Part shown: piece after piece, positions 1-12,889 of the stretch
Position numbering within the stretch: the stretch's first letter is position 1
Layout: every line of letters begins with the position of its first letter
Assembly: GCA_009602735.1 (NCBI GenBank)
Contig: WELA01003597.1
Coordinates: forward strand, 124,001 to 188,000
DNA: 64,000 bases
Reading direction: 5' to 3'
Source: Mesotaenium endlicherianum
Lineage: Eukaryota
Made by a program: the position numbers and the translations under genes
The notes under the pieces: model-generated
Database searches by the model: none
What the model was told of the DNA's origin: nothing
The model's input: only the letters and a program-made list of their open reading frames with translations

Positions 1-1545
1 CAACAGCGGGAGGCACAGAAGAAGAAGGAGGAGGAGGAACAGGCCAGACTGAGGCAGGAAGAAATGGACAGAAAAGCTGCAGAGGAGGCCAAGAAAGCAG
101 AGGAGGAGAGGCAAGCTGAGGAGAAGCGGAAGCAGCAGGCTGAAGAAGAAGAACAGAGGAGAATCAGCAGCTACCGCTACACGGTGCTGGGCAAGGGCTT
201 TGATCTACTGGAGGAGGCCTTCAAGTATGCCCAGAGAAGTCGCAGTGAGTCGCAGAAGGAAATCCTCCAGAAGGAAGGGGAGACATCCGAAAACTTTGAC
301 AAGTATATAGAGGTCGGCACAGGGCTCCTCCTCTACCACGATTACGCCAGGATGGTAGGATATACCATCGGAGAGGCCAAGGCAATGGCCCAGGTGAACG
401 AAGCAGGAGCTGTCTCGATTCCTGGTATCTGGGGGGCAGATAGGGTCATCAGGATGATCCCCATGGACGCGGACAGCTTCAAGGACTCAACACCCCACAA
501 CAGGTTCAAGGCCATGTACAATGAGGTGGAGAGGAGGAGCTGGGAATTCTTGGCCAGGGAAACCAGTCAGCTGGACTTTGCAGGGCACTGGTACCCTTGT
601 ACTCTTAAAAAGACAGACGCTGCCTTCTTCCAAAAGCCCACTGATTGGCGGTGGATGACCATCAACATGAGGGACCAGCAGAATGACAGGGCGACGGATG
701 AGGATTTCCTGACAGACCTAAAGGGGAACATAGTATTGCCCCCTCACATTGCGGCTTGGGACCCAAGATTGGATGGAGTCAGAGACTGCATGAGCCAAGA
801 GATGCAGGGGGACAGAAGCAGGGCCCAAGAGTCATTCTCCAAAGGGAAGCACGCTTATGCCAAATGGGCAAGTAAGTAGGGGGAAAAGGACCTCTATGCG
901 GTCCGGACTCAGCAGCCCCCACCAGCACCCAAAAGGGGAAGGTCAGTAGGATATTCTTTTTCTCGGGAAGAGCTGGAGCAGCTGACAAAAGAGACCCCAG
1001 AAGTCTCAGAGGAACCCGGGGACGGCGAGGAGGAGGAGTCAGAGGAAGACAAGGAGGAAGGCGAGGAGGAGGACACTAGCCCCGCCGTGATCCTGACGCC
1101 TGCCACCTCCCCTGTAAGAGAGAAGACGGGGTTGGCCCTGCAGCAACTCGCTGAAGAGGAGGATATCACTTGGCTGGGAACTGCCAGAAGATAGACCCCA
1201 TCTCCAGGCAAGGAGACCCAGTCAGACAGGGCAGACAGGAGGGCTGCTCGGGAGATAGCCAGAGGCCTGCCAGCATCTCCCTCGCAGAGAGGGCATGTAC
1301 CCTTGGCTCATGTCATGCAACATCCTACTGGGATGCCGGTATATGTACCAGTCAGCTTGAAGGTTGCCCAGGAGAAGGTTGCCTCCCTTCAGTTTCAGAC
1401 TGTGCTGGAGGAAACAGCCCAGTTATTGCGTTCTCCGCCGGGTCCTTACTCGGAACCTCCTTCCCTGACAGGCTTCAGAAGACCCCAAGACAGGAGGAGG
1501 TCTGGCTCCCCTGAGTATAGGGCCTCAGGGACATCCTCCTCCTAA
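1..1545 (+). pseudogene. Degenerate, probably transposon-associated ORF (N-terminal E/K/R/Q coiled coil, globular middle, acidic/Ser-Pro tail); 5' end outside window
   Basis: Frame 1 is open from base 1 to TAA 1543-1545 except for two in-frame TAG stops (877-879, 1192-1194), so ORFs 64-879 and 1303-1545 are one frame. It has no introns. It is followed by a hairpin (TGTTGTCG-AGG-CGACAACA, ~1596-1614), a purine-rich tract AAGTTGGAGGGAT (~1618-1630) and repeat DNA. Confidence 0.55.
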
Positions 1546-1799
1546 GGGCAGTAGGCTGGGGACGAGAGGGACAGCACGCTGTTATTAGTGTGAGTGTTGT
1601 CGAGGCGACAACATGATAAGTTGGAGGGATTATAATGAATCAATATATTGGTTGATATAATATTCATTCAAATAATATAGTTAAATAAGTTCAGCCTGCT
1701 GAACTCTACTAAATGATTAGTGTGCTGGACTTTATATTTAATATCAGTTTAATGACTCGGCCGGAAGTAGCAGGCTGAGGTCACCTTAAGTCAGCTTGC

Positions 1800-2328
1800 T
1801 GACACATTCTTTGACAGCCAGCTGACTTCCGTACTCGGTAGCAGCGAACTGCCTCGATATGCTTCTAAGTGTGGTGTGCTAGATGAATGGCCAGATGACA
1901 TCCCTATGATGGATGGCGATTCGGGATGATGGGAGATGGCGGTGGATTTGGTTAACCGAGGTCCTACCAACGTGGTTAACTCCCGGGTAGGCGGTGCCAT
2001 CGCACTGACCGTTGAACAGTAAACTCATTCCATGTACATACGCTAGACATTGCTCTCGAGTTTGGCATTCGGAAACGAGGCCAACTCTCTTGTACAGCTT
2101 ACTGAGAGAGATCTGAATCCAAGGCGAGAAGCCATTGATACGCACTGTCTTCTAACCTTGCTTATGTATGAGTTTACTGATTTGCATCATTGATGCTAGT
2201 TTACTCGCATTTGACTTACGAGTATTATTCCCTGCTAGTGTATTGTCCTTTGCCGTTTAACCAGTTAACGGGAAATACCATAAAGATTACTTGCTGATAT
2301 AAAGATCTTTATTAAGTGTTAATCGCCA
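1800..2328. repeat. ~530-bp direct repeat, copy 1 (LTR-like)
   Basis: Colinear with 5649-6178, from GACACATTCTTT through GTACTCGGTAGCAGCGAACTGCC to AAAGATCTTT..ATCGCC. About 90% identical by eye over the first ~220 bp. This copy starts TG (1800) and ends CA (2328). Confidence 0.85.
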
Positions 2329-2479
2329 TTAAGTGTTATGGGGTAAGGTGGAGTTCCGCGCTTGGTAGCTTCGGCTCCTCGTCCTGGGGCTGGAGCAGGT
2401 TGGCCCCGACAGAGACGTTGTCCTCCTCTAAGCCGCCCTTCCGCGTCTGGGTGACACCGGGCTTGTCCTTGTCGTTGCT

Positions 2480-4400
2480 GAGCGCCATGAAGTCGTAGAG
2501 AATTGCGGACGTGGGTCGCCAGTCAAGGATGTCCAGCGGTAACGAGGCCGTGCGCGTGCCTTTTGTGCGCCAGTCGGGCCGATAGTGTGCCCGCTCTGTC
2601 TAGTTATTCACCGCGGCTCCAATGGGGAAGTGCACGTCCTGCCCCAAGAGGACGTCAAAGGTGTCGGAGCGCGTCACGAGCGCGTGACGATGGATCGTCG
2701 TCTTATCCTCGGTCTCGGGCCAAAAGGTGAAGACGAGCGCCAGCCGAGTGCGCCCCGCCACCGACTCGGAAGTACCAGCCGCAGTGTTGATTCGCATGGG
2801 CGAATCCTCTAGATCGGCTGAGAAGAGACTCAGTTGCCGAAGATAGCTGTGACTGATCATAACTGGCTGTGCGCCGGTGTTGAATATAATGCGTTGAGGT
2901 GCCTGCTTGTTGACCAGTACGAACCCTTGCGCATTGTCCAGAAACGCAACATTAGGGCTGCTGATCAACCTGCGCTTGTGCGGGGGTTGAGCGGGAACTA
3001 AAAGCATCGCAATGGAAGATCCTGCTGTCGGCCTATCCGTGCCTAAGCAGGCACCAGGGTCGCGGGAACGGAGCATCAGCTGGGCGGTCTGTCGGGTCGT
3101 CTCCAACGTTACCCAGAGCTCGGGGAAGGACACCGCCGGCATGCGGTGCAGCGCCAGCGATAGCACCTCGGCGTTGAGCTGCACCGTCATCACTGGAGAG
3201 GCGAGTGCGTGCGGTACCGGTGGTACTGGCGCTGGTGGCGGGTCCGGAACGCGGAAGGAGCGAGGCCAGTTGTGGGGCTTCCCCTGTACGCCGTTCGTGG
3301 TTGGGACCGTCGCGCTTGGGTGCGCCTGCTGCTCGCATCGAAGTCGCCACAAGTGTGCGGTCGCGCGTCGCCTCGTGCGCTAGCGAGCCACTGCCAAGTG
3401 GCCGTGTTTGGGCGTAGCAAACTAGGGCTTTGGACGGAGCAACTGTTGTCCCTAGCACACCTGGAGCTGCTGCAAGCAGAGCTGCCAGTGCAGGCTCAGG
3501 CGGTAGCACTGGCGCCCTGACGAGGATGGGCGCCTCAGGGAGAGCTGGCGCAGGCGTCGGTACTGCGGCAGGGTCCAGAGGAACCTCTGCTGGGCCGCCA
3601 GGTGGCGCTCCAGGGTCGCTCCTGAGGCGGACTAGGCAAGCGGCCGATCCATTGGCGCTCTCGCCCGCGTGGGCTCCGTGCGATGCTCGGGCGTAAAGCT
3701 TTCGAGCGAGAGGACCTTGCGCAGCCTTGGCAGCGCAGCTTGCACGGATGCCGGGATTTTGTGCGCAGCTAGGGTTTAAGCCCTGGCTGAGCGGCGTCGT
3801 GCGCGAGCCGTCTGGCGGCTCCTCGATGATCGAGTCGCACGACGAGGTCGAGGATGCCCCCCCCTGATGGGTGATGCCGGCCCCCTCTGCCGTCTGCGCA
3901 CCTGTTGGTCCAAACCACATGCGCGCGCCAAGTGGCGGCACCTGGGAGCAGGTGCCAGGTGCTGCGCAGGCTGGCGTGCCAGAGGCGAGGAGACCAGGTC
4001 GCCGGAACGAAGTTTGTGTCGCCGTCCCTGGCGCCTGGCCAGTGGCGACGATGCTGGTGCTGGAGCGTGGCGCCTCGGATGTCGTACGCGCGCCACGTGG
4101 CGCCAACTGCTGGATCCTGCTGCTTGCAGCCAGTAGTAGGCGATTGTGCTCCTGCCGCTCCCTCGTGCGCAGATCTGCGTATGAGTGCGCGATGCGAGTG
4201 CCGAAGCATGTCGCGGCCTGCGCAGCCGTCTGGCGGGCTTGCAGGGGGACGCTTGCTGTTGCCAGGCCGGCCATGGTCGGCCCTGCTGCCGACAGCAAGG
4301 CCGTGCAAGCCAGGGTCGTCGCGAGCGTCGGTGCTGGTAGAGCTGGCGTTGGAGCCGGCTCGTCGCAGGGGCAGACTGTGGCATCGTCTGGCCGGGTTGC
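2480..4400 (-). mobile_element. Decayed LTR-retrotransposon gag/aspartic-protease relic (Ty3/gypsy-like)
   Basis: ORF 2600-3352 contains IIFNTGAQPVMI (retropepsin D-T-G-A motif with D->N), INTAAG (flap) and FDVLLGQD (C-terminal hydrophobic-LG motif). The reading continues past a TAG (VNN*TERAHYRPDWR). The upstream part is GC-rich and frameshifted. No RT, RNase H or integrase motifs were seen. Confidence 0.7.
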
Positions 4401-4543
4401 ACTCTGAGATCGGTCTAGTGGGAAAACGGCGAAACGTCATGACCGGAGACGAGCGGAGAAATACCATTTCTTTGCTAGGGCTTGTTCCTCTGTGTTTTTT
4501 GCCTTCAATGGACCCCCCCGCTTGCTTCTTGAAAGCGGAGACG

Positions 4544-4634
4544 TTACAATGCATCTACGACATTGAAGGGCCAATTAGAGCATGCTATTCACAAATTACA
4601 TGCATCTACGACATTGACGGGCCAATCAAAGCAC
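4544..4634. repeat. Two-copy imperfect tandem repeat (~52-bp period)
   Basis: TTACAATGCATCTACGACATTGAAGGGCCAATTAGAGCA versus TTACATGCATCTACGACATTGACGGGCCAATCAAAGCA. Confidence 0.85.
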
Positions 4635-5648
4635 ACTCTAAAATGCAATCTAAAAAACATAGTAACCAATCAGAAGACACCAGCTTGAGCGCCAACTTTC
4701 AGAGTCAAGCCGTCTGCCGAGAGTTTCTGAAAGCGAAAACCTGATGACTTTGGAAGCTATTGACTTTTGAAATTGAAGTCGTTCTCGCTGTCAGCAATCT
4801 GACAGCCAGTATCCAACGTTGACCTTTTTGATTGGCAACTCAAGCCGCGTGAAAATGCTCGCACCGACCCATTGGGCCGCGGCGGGATGCTGCTCGACCG
4901 ACCACAACCGACCGCCCGGCAAGCAGTGTACTGGCACGTGGATAAGCACATAAGATCATTAGGGCTAGATCGTTTGCTGGTTTTTACGAGCAAGGAGGCC
5001 AAAACTCCGACGGAGACTTTACATCTCCGTCACGCTTATACCCCAAAGGGCCTAAGCCGTGAGGCTAAACCGCCGTGGAGAACTGAAATCTCCGCCAGGC
5101 TTGAACCCTGAAGGGTCTAAGCCACGAGGGAACACCCCACTCTAGCAATAACATTGGTGCTTTGCTAGTTTAAAAATTATAAGTTGCCTCTGTCCCCGTC
5201 GCATAGTCGTTGAGGAAGAGGGTTTACTGAGCCAAAATATTCTGGGTTATTCAGGCCATTTTCATTGGTTGCGATAGAGGAGACGACCCTATGAGGAAAA
5301 GGGAAACGGGTGAGGGAAACGGGTGAGGGAAAGACAACCCCCTTCACGTATTTTCAACATTGTGGCCGAGGGCAAACGTGCCCGACAGACCAAACACTAA
5401 ATATCTGCTGATGCAAAGATCGAGTCAGCATAACGTTATGTGTCGGCCAAGCCGCGGCCAAAACTGACTCGACAAAAGAGAGTTGATCCACGGCGCGCCA
5501 CAATGCTCTCATACGACCAATCAAATACAAGCGGGGGCCGAGCGTCAGCGAGGGCCCCCTCCCGGTGACAAACGGGATTGGCCAGGGGGGGACGAGCTTG
5601 TCAGAGCCTCCCCCACCACCCGGCGACGTTGCTCCACCTAGCGCTCCA

Positions 5649-6178
5649 CGACACATTCTTTAAGAGTCAGCTGACTGCCGTACTCGGTAGCAGCGAACTG
5701 CCTAGTTATGCATCTAAGTGTGGTGTGCTAGATGAATGGCTAGATGACACCCTTAAGGTAGATGGCGATTTGGGATGATGGGAGATGGCTGTGGATTTGG
5801 TTAGCCGAGGTCCTACAGACGAGGTTAACTCCCGGGTAGGTGGTGCCATCGCACTTGCCGTTGGACAGTAAACTCATTCCATGTACATATGTTAGGTATT
5901 GCTCTCAAGTTCGGCATTTGGAAACGAGGCCAACTCTCTTGTACCGCTTACTGAGAGATATGTGAATCTAAGGCGAGAAGCCATTGATGCGGCCTGTCTT
6001 CTAACCTTGCTTATGTATGAGTTTATTGACTGCATGATTGATGCTCGTTTACTTGCATTTGACTTATGAGTATTGTTCACTGCTAGTGTGTTGTCTTTTG
6101 TTGTTAAATCCGTTAACAAAAAATACCATGAAGATTACTTGCTGATCTAAAGATCTTTTATTAATTGTTGATCGCCTA
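5649..6178. repeat. ~530-bp direct repeat, copy 2 (LTR-like)
   Basis: Direct repeat of 1800-2328. Confidence 0.85.
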
Positions 6179-8314
6179 TTGGTAAGTCAATTCATTTCAT
6201 CAGGGCTCTCGAGTCTGTCTACCATATGAACGTGGTCATGCTCTAAGGGTAGAACCAAATCAACTTTTCGCTTGCCCTTCTCAGTGGATTTGAGGCGAGA
6301 CGAACTGCAGAAAGTAAGCTGGTCACAGTCATCCTCTACATCAAATTCCCCAGAAGGACTATCAATTACTCCTGCTCAGCCATAGCAGGATGTGAGCAAA
6401 AGTAAGTAAGAATTGTAAAAATGTAAAATAATGAACGGGAGTGCAGATAGCAGTAGAATATACAGTGCAAAACGAGGGGTACCATTCTCGGATGAGAAGC
6501 CTTAACAGATTTGATGTACCGTTGTGGTCACTGAGCAATGACACTAATGTTGTGCTTACTAACTAATACTGTGGTTACGTACTGTGTGTGCCTCAGTGAT
6601 TAGGCAATAGGCAGATAAGTGATCCAAAAATACGTATTTCATTGATTTCACAAAGAAGAAGCACATTTTGAGTGGAGCGGGAAATAACATGAAGGCAAAC
6701 TTTAGCTTTCATTTCCTGCTAGCAACCCCTATTTTCAAGTGATGGAACTAGACATGACCGGCTGCAGTAAAACGTAATTCTGACGTTCGGAGCACGGTCT
6801 TTAGATTAAATGTTGCCACGACGGACTTCCGTGAAATATGAAAACGGTGACGCGGTGACTTGACTCTTACAGTCGAAACGAAGAAATTATGTAAGGCACG
6901 CAATACGGTGTCGGCCGCGCACATTCGTATGCCGGCAATCGATTTACATAATCGACACAGACGTATTGTGGTGAATTCTGGTGGTTTTTAATTGGCATGA
7001 CGTATCGTACCAATTACCTATACGCCCACATGTGTACACCGTACCCGAATCCAGAAACTAGGGATCGTGCAGGACTTGTGCCTTTCCTAGGCATCACGCA
7101 TGCAATTCTCCCTTGAAAATTCCAACGCTTAGTTACAGCGCTTAGCATGCGTGCCGTTCCTGCTGTTATCCCTCGTGATAGTATAAGTCATTTGACGTCA
7201 CTTAGCGTGCATGCACACCTCGTGACGGTTGCGCGTGGCTGCTAGCCTTTCGATCAACGTGCACGCCTATGTGGCCTTAGAGCCCATGTCGCGAGGTGGC
7301 TGCTCAAGACGTAGCAACCTTGCCACAGGTCCAAGGCTGAGATGGCCTTTCCAGCCAACCTCGCCTGATTTGCCGCTTGCTAGGGTGGTTGCTCAGTAAA
7401 AAATGCTCGACTTGGCAGCTGCTGGTGCAGACCATTTACTGGTTAGCATAACAACTTCTCGGCTGACTTGACCGTCAAACCCACCCATCGCCGAGTGTCA
7501 ATTTTGATTAAGTCTTAGTCCCGCTTTCGTGTGACTTGGACCCTGACTTTCACTGTTGACCTTGCAGAGGTTAGCGTAATGATTGGTGAGTCAACGTTGA
7601 CCTTCCGTACCTGGTCGGCCGTGACTTGCGTCACGTGTGCGGCGCCGTCAAATTGATAGCAGTCGCGACACTCGTCATCTTTGGTCCTTGAATTTCGACT
7701 TCGGGGTTGAACATGCTGACATGTGAACCTATTTTGTAGACCGCATAAATTTAGATGACGCTCATCTTGGCCAGGAAGATGTAGCTTCGCTTCGTGTGTG
7801 AATTTCACTAGACTCAAAACGCTAGGCGTTTCCTGCAGCCGATAATGGTCTGCATTGACCGAGAGGCGCCGCTTATCATATACTACATGGGTAATACCAA
7901 CGTAATATAAAACGTTACGCGACTTCACGGTGCTGCACACTGAATTACGAGTTGGGCCATTTCTACTCTATACTCGTTTGAGCTGCTTCAGACAATCGAT
8001 CTGTGACGGTATACAGTAAATAGTGCACCAGAGTCCATCTAGGTTGAAGGGGTGTTCCTAGACAGCATGGATCTCTTCTGTTAAATAATTACCTACAACT
8101 TGTCTACGGTATAAATTGGACATAGCTGATTATCCTTTCAATAACTTTGGTCCGATGTGAGATTGCACTTATTGCCAGCCTCGGGCACCCATTCTTGTAG
8201 CTCCGGCTAGTGTCCATGGCTGCTCTTTGAAACCTTACCCTTTGACACAGCACGCCTTCGTAACATTTCCCGGCTCATCAGGTTGGTATTAAGGAAGCAG
8301 CTCTGGCGCTGGCG

Positions 8315-10049
8315 ATGTGGGGAGAAGGGCCAGCGGCTGGCGGAGCCGTTGTGCGCCATGTTGCGAGCCCTGAGCGGTTGATAGCACGAACAGGCAGACA
8401 GCAGCAACGATACGAAAGTGGTTGTCGCTTAGTGGCTGGGTAATTTGGCAATTGACCACCCTATGGTACATAAGTGCATTGATGATGAGCAAACTTTGTC
8501 AGCAGATCTGAAAGTCAAAGTCAGGGCGTGAGTCATTCATCACATTGGCATGCCCTCTTTATTCGTTATGAGTTAATTGCTTATCTTCTGCATAGATTCA
8601 TATCTCAGTTCTTCTGCGGAGTTTCTGTTGGCTTATGCAGCTTGCATGTTTTGAAGGAGTTGCTCCATCGTTTGCAGGTGCATCCCTTATAGAACAGTAC
8701 AGCCTGCTGGACCTGAGTCTGCTTATGTAGAGGTCATGATGATCAGCTCTCAGCGTGGACTTGGCCTTGTATTCCCGAAGGTGCCTTCTATCACTGCAAG
8801 CCCATCACCATGAGCACTTCCTTGAAATGTCTTGAGGATCATTATTCTCCATATGAATCTGTTTAAGTTCGTAGACCCAGAAGACTCTATTCAATGGCTC
8901 TTTTTAAAGAAAGTGGCACCTGGAGCCTATCATTTTTCAGCCCATTATGTATATCTGCATAATACTGATTACCCTGTTTCAGAAGTAGGTGGAGATGGCA
9001 TGTGCTGGTGCGATCCTTTTATGTTGTAACTGTGAGTCATATGTTCCTCCGATCATGTGACTAGGTTTTTGAGGTGGCTAATATGTGGTAAGCAAGTTTC
9101 ACTTGCACAGGGTGGCTGGGAAACTGATGAGACTGCGGAGGAGGCCGCTTGTCGAGAGGCCTTGGAGGAGGCAGGGGTTAGGGGCATACTCCAGGTTTGA
9201 TGCTCGTCGTAACCTCTTGCTAGCAACTACATATTCCATCTCAGATTACTCTTAAAGTAATCATGTTGTAATCGAGCATCTCTAGGAAATGGTAACCCAT
9301 TAGCAGCCCTCGGGGTTGTCACTTTTATGTATTCAAGCGTCCTATTCAAAACCATGGCAATGTCAACAGCAAGTCCGTGATGTCTGGGACACTTATATAG
9401 TTTTCTTGAGTAAGGAATGCTCAACCGGCATGGATACACATGTATGCTTTTAGTTGAGTGCAGAGTTTCAACGATGAGTAATGATTATAAGCTCACAGTT
9501 GCTAACTTGTGGGCTTTGAATATCATACTACTGTGAGGGGCGAAGCATCTCATGGCCTAATCTTGTGTGCATGTTCCTTGCACTATCTTCATGTTTCTTG
9601 CAGGGAAAGCTGGGGTCCTACGACTTCCAAAGCAAAAGTGCCCGTAGTGGAGATTGTCCTCAAGGGGCGTGCAGGGCTCATGTTTTCGTGCTAGCTGTCA
9701 CCGAACTGCTTGCTGAGTGGCCTGAGCAGCACAGACTACGCGTATGGGTGCGTTTGTCTTACTTTCCCCTCTTCCTGTTGGGGTGTTGTGAGTATAGCTT
9801 AGGGTTGGGCTTGAGGTTGTAGTATACATGCATACTACATGCATGTGATGCAAAGAGTAGCTTGGTGTCTACATGTTAGTGATTGTATGATCGTCTGTGG
9901 CCTGTGTACAGTTGCGGCTTCCTGAAGCCATCGAAAGATGTCGACATGAGTGGATGTGTGGAGCTCTCAAGCAATGGGGCGCTACTTTGCCCGTTGCTTT
10001 CCCTTCTCACAAGCTATTTTCGGTCGATGCTGTACCCTCATCATCGTGA
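8315..10049 (+). CDS. Nudix hydrolase, plant NUDT12/13/16/17/18-like (DIPP-type subfamily)
   Basis: Five GT-AG exons (8315-8439, 8678-8780, 9111-9194, 9604-9747, 9912-10049) join in frame: ..LIARTGRQQQRYESGCRLVAGCIPYR..VMMISSQRGLGLVFPKGGWETDETAEEAACREALEEAGVRG (Nudix box)..WPEQHRLRVW..CRHEWM. Confidence 0.93.
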
Positions 10050-11029
10050 TGGTCATGCTATGCGCCGGAACTTCATCGTGGGTAACAACTTAGTGCTACC
10101 GTCTGTTGAGTGCTTGTAGAGAGGACTGCGTGCAGTTTGGTGGGCATTGAAACACTTTTTAAGGTGGGTATTTGAGATCAATTATTGCTTGCGGTGCCTG
10201 TAGCAGGTGTTCTTGCGGGTTTAAGCTGCATTGGTCATTGAAAATGTCAACTGATGAGAGAAGTTGTAGGTTAACTTGCTTTGCGACGTGAAATGTTGCG
10301 AAGTAGAGTTTTGACTGTGTGTGAAGTAACGCATCCAGGCATGTGGGAGCTTCTTTCCTACAACTCCATGATATGCATACAGTTCGCATTCTGAGACCAT
10401 TCCAGCAGCAATGCGCTACACTTCTAGCGCCATTGTTGTTACCATTCTTTTGATTATATGTCAAATTGTTTCTTTCTTTTGAAATCATGATGTTTGAAGT
10501 AACAGTAGATTGACAGGTTACGCTGCATGACTGCACAAATCATGTAATGCTCAAGATGCAAACAAACATGTGGTGGCAGATGGTGGTGTGTTTGTATGGG
10601 TTGACGAGTCATGACAGCAATACACTTATGTCATTGTCATCTTCATCAAGGTTAATACTGTACGAGCATTATTAGTCGAGCTTCGAGTGTCTTTCTTGCA
10701 CGAGAGTCAAGTCACCCACGTGGTGGACATAAGGCATAGTCAACTGATAAATTTTGGCACTCTGCTGAAAGCCAATGGAGTTGTCTAGCAGTAATGTCTT
10801 TCTCTTTAGTTGGCAGCAGTATAACTCCAAGTTCGCCATGAACTTTCTCTGAACGACCTATGATTTGTCTGGTGACACAAGGTGGAAGCAACTCATAATC
10901 AGCTGTCCCAGATTAACCATGTGAACTTCTGAGTAACTTGTCCAGCTTACTTCTGTAACACGAGCCATTACATGCACTGGACTTTTACTGGACTTTACTG
11001 CTCAGGCTTCTAGAGCCGCTATGGAGTAA

Positions 11030-12889
11030 TCAACGAGGGCCAGGTGCTGGTCTTGAAGGAGCAGGGCCAGGTGCCTGACTGGGTCCTGGGCCACCAGCAG
11101 GCCCAGGTGCCGCAACTGGAGCAGGCCCTGGTGCTGGTGCAGGCAAGGCTAGAGAGCTATTGGCTGCAACTGTAACGTTGAAAGACACAGTCGTATCGCC
11201 GACCAATGCTTCATATGGAGTTCCCTTAAGCACATTCCTGTGTACAAAGAAAGTCACTTGACTGATAAAGTCGGGGCAAAAACATCTTGGTACGAGCCCA
11301 CAATCAACTAGCCACTATTTTGAGCTCTTCTCACGGATCAGGGTAATGGAGCTACTGGGTGTACCACCTCCATGGCTAAATAACGTGTAAGGACACCAGT
11401 ATGCCTTTGCAAAAAGCGAAATGGATGATAAAGTCGCAAACTGAATAGACAGCGATTGATTTGCATGCTACATTCTGCTGGGTGCAAACAGAAAATTCTT
11501 GCAAGAGGTTGCTTACCTTAGGACAATGCTAGGAGAAGATGACGCGGAAAGATAGATTCGACCTCCCTGTACGGGAAAAACAAACAGTACTTATGACATT
11601 CTACAGTAGAGCAGACACTCCCATTATTTGTTGTTGCCTTGTGCTAAAGATCATTAAGTCAAATTTTGGTTATTAATATTTCATGATATGTACGCAATAT
11701 AGGGCCTGACCGCAAAAGAAAACACTTAGTCCTTTGACACCTCATCATGCAAGGTTTAAAAAACAACAAGACAGAGGCTGAACATCTCTTTTAATTGCAC
11801 AACGGACTTCACTCACCACTCCAGTAAGACGGCCAGATATTTTTGGCAGCACGGCAGTAGGGATTATAGTCTTGAAATTGATATTGTTGACGTTATTTCC
11901 TCCAACAGTCCCATTAATGCGCGATAGTGTGACGGTGGCGTTGCTTGGTGTGAACGCAAAATTGCCCGTATTTGCCTCAGGCCTAAACGGACCGTCTGAA
12001 GTGCACAACAATAAAGGTAGGAAAAGGAATTTGTTTCAGAACTTGGACGCAGAATGTGCAACATATAGGAAGCACAGCGCTTGTGTGCCAAGCTAAGATT
12101 TGGTGTTGCCGCAACTTCTATTATGCAACAAAAAGTATGTGAATGCATCAGCAGAAATGGCACTTACGGGCGCCGTCAACAATCAACCCCTGGGCAGTGA
12201 CTTGAGCAACATGGACATCACCCACGGGAAGCCTGGCTACTAGCTGCAATACCCTGGGATATGTCGTCAACGCTGAGGAAACCCACGTGTACTGTAACAC
12301 AGCAGAAAGAGGGCCACCTGAAAATTGATTAAAGACTAACATGAAGCACGTTCCTCTGCAAATCAGCAAGTATGAACAATATAGCCCACACTTATTATAG
12401 GCTGCAACTGCTCGACGTAGTGTGCATCTACAGCATGTCATTGCCACTTTATCAGCTCCAATTTGCAAATTCACAAAGTCACAAATTTTGAAGTATCAAT
12501 ATCACGTGCTTCTCAGGTGCTCGGAAGGTACACTCCATGTTCCAGCCTCCAAGCTGGCAGGAAGAACCATAAATTTCACGGCCCTACCCGAGTCTGAGTG
12601 TGCTTCATACCTCGAGTGGTCGCCTAGGACTGCCACCACGGTAGCTGAGAATCTGAAGAGTGATGTTGCCAGTTACTTGTACAGAAGAAGGCGATATATC
12701 CAACTTTATCCCGGTACCTGTCGAATTATAAGTGACTTTAGATTGAGATGGTGAAACTTGGAGAACAGCTTGCTGCTGGGCATGACCAGATTTGAAACAG
12801 AGACACAAGACTAGAGTCCATATCAGGAGCCTACACGTCAAAACCTTCAAATACCCCTGTCCAGTCAACTGTTGCACAAAAGTAGCCAT
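11030..12889 (-). CDS. Unknown secreted beta-rich protein with Pro/Ala/Gly-rich (AGP-like) C-terminal tail (paralog A)
   Basis: Five predicted exons (12889-12611, 12291-12168, ~11996-11818, ~11567-11518, ~11237-11030) with compatible phases 0,1,0,2. Signal-peptide-like LLIWTLVLCLCFKSGHA|Q, several N-x-S/T sequons, and a tail PAPAPGPAPVAAPGPAGGPGPSQAPGPAP. Confidence 0.75.

Noticed and set aside
2334..4548. TGTTAT...GTTACA bounded segment as a discrete nested insertion
   Set aside because: The flanks (TTAAG / ATGCA) give no target-site duplication, and the right end overlaps a tandem repeat.
3012..4744. Long overlapping ORFs (421, 279, 261 aa etc.)
   Set aside because: These are GC-rich shadow frames of the decayed retroelement. 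A possible eroded zinc knuckle (LDHRGAARRLAHD) is too degenerate to call.
4544..5335. Short repeats (52-bp pair, AAGGG(C/T)CTAAGCC pair, GGGAAACGGGTGA x2) as a CRISPR-like array
   Set aside because: Only two copies of each, no regular repeat-spacer structure, no cas genes, and a eukaryotic TE context.
7515..7940. 141-aa ORF upstream of the Nudix gene
   Set aside because: Non-ATG start, no recognisable motif and no supporting splice structure.
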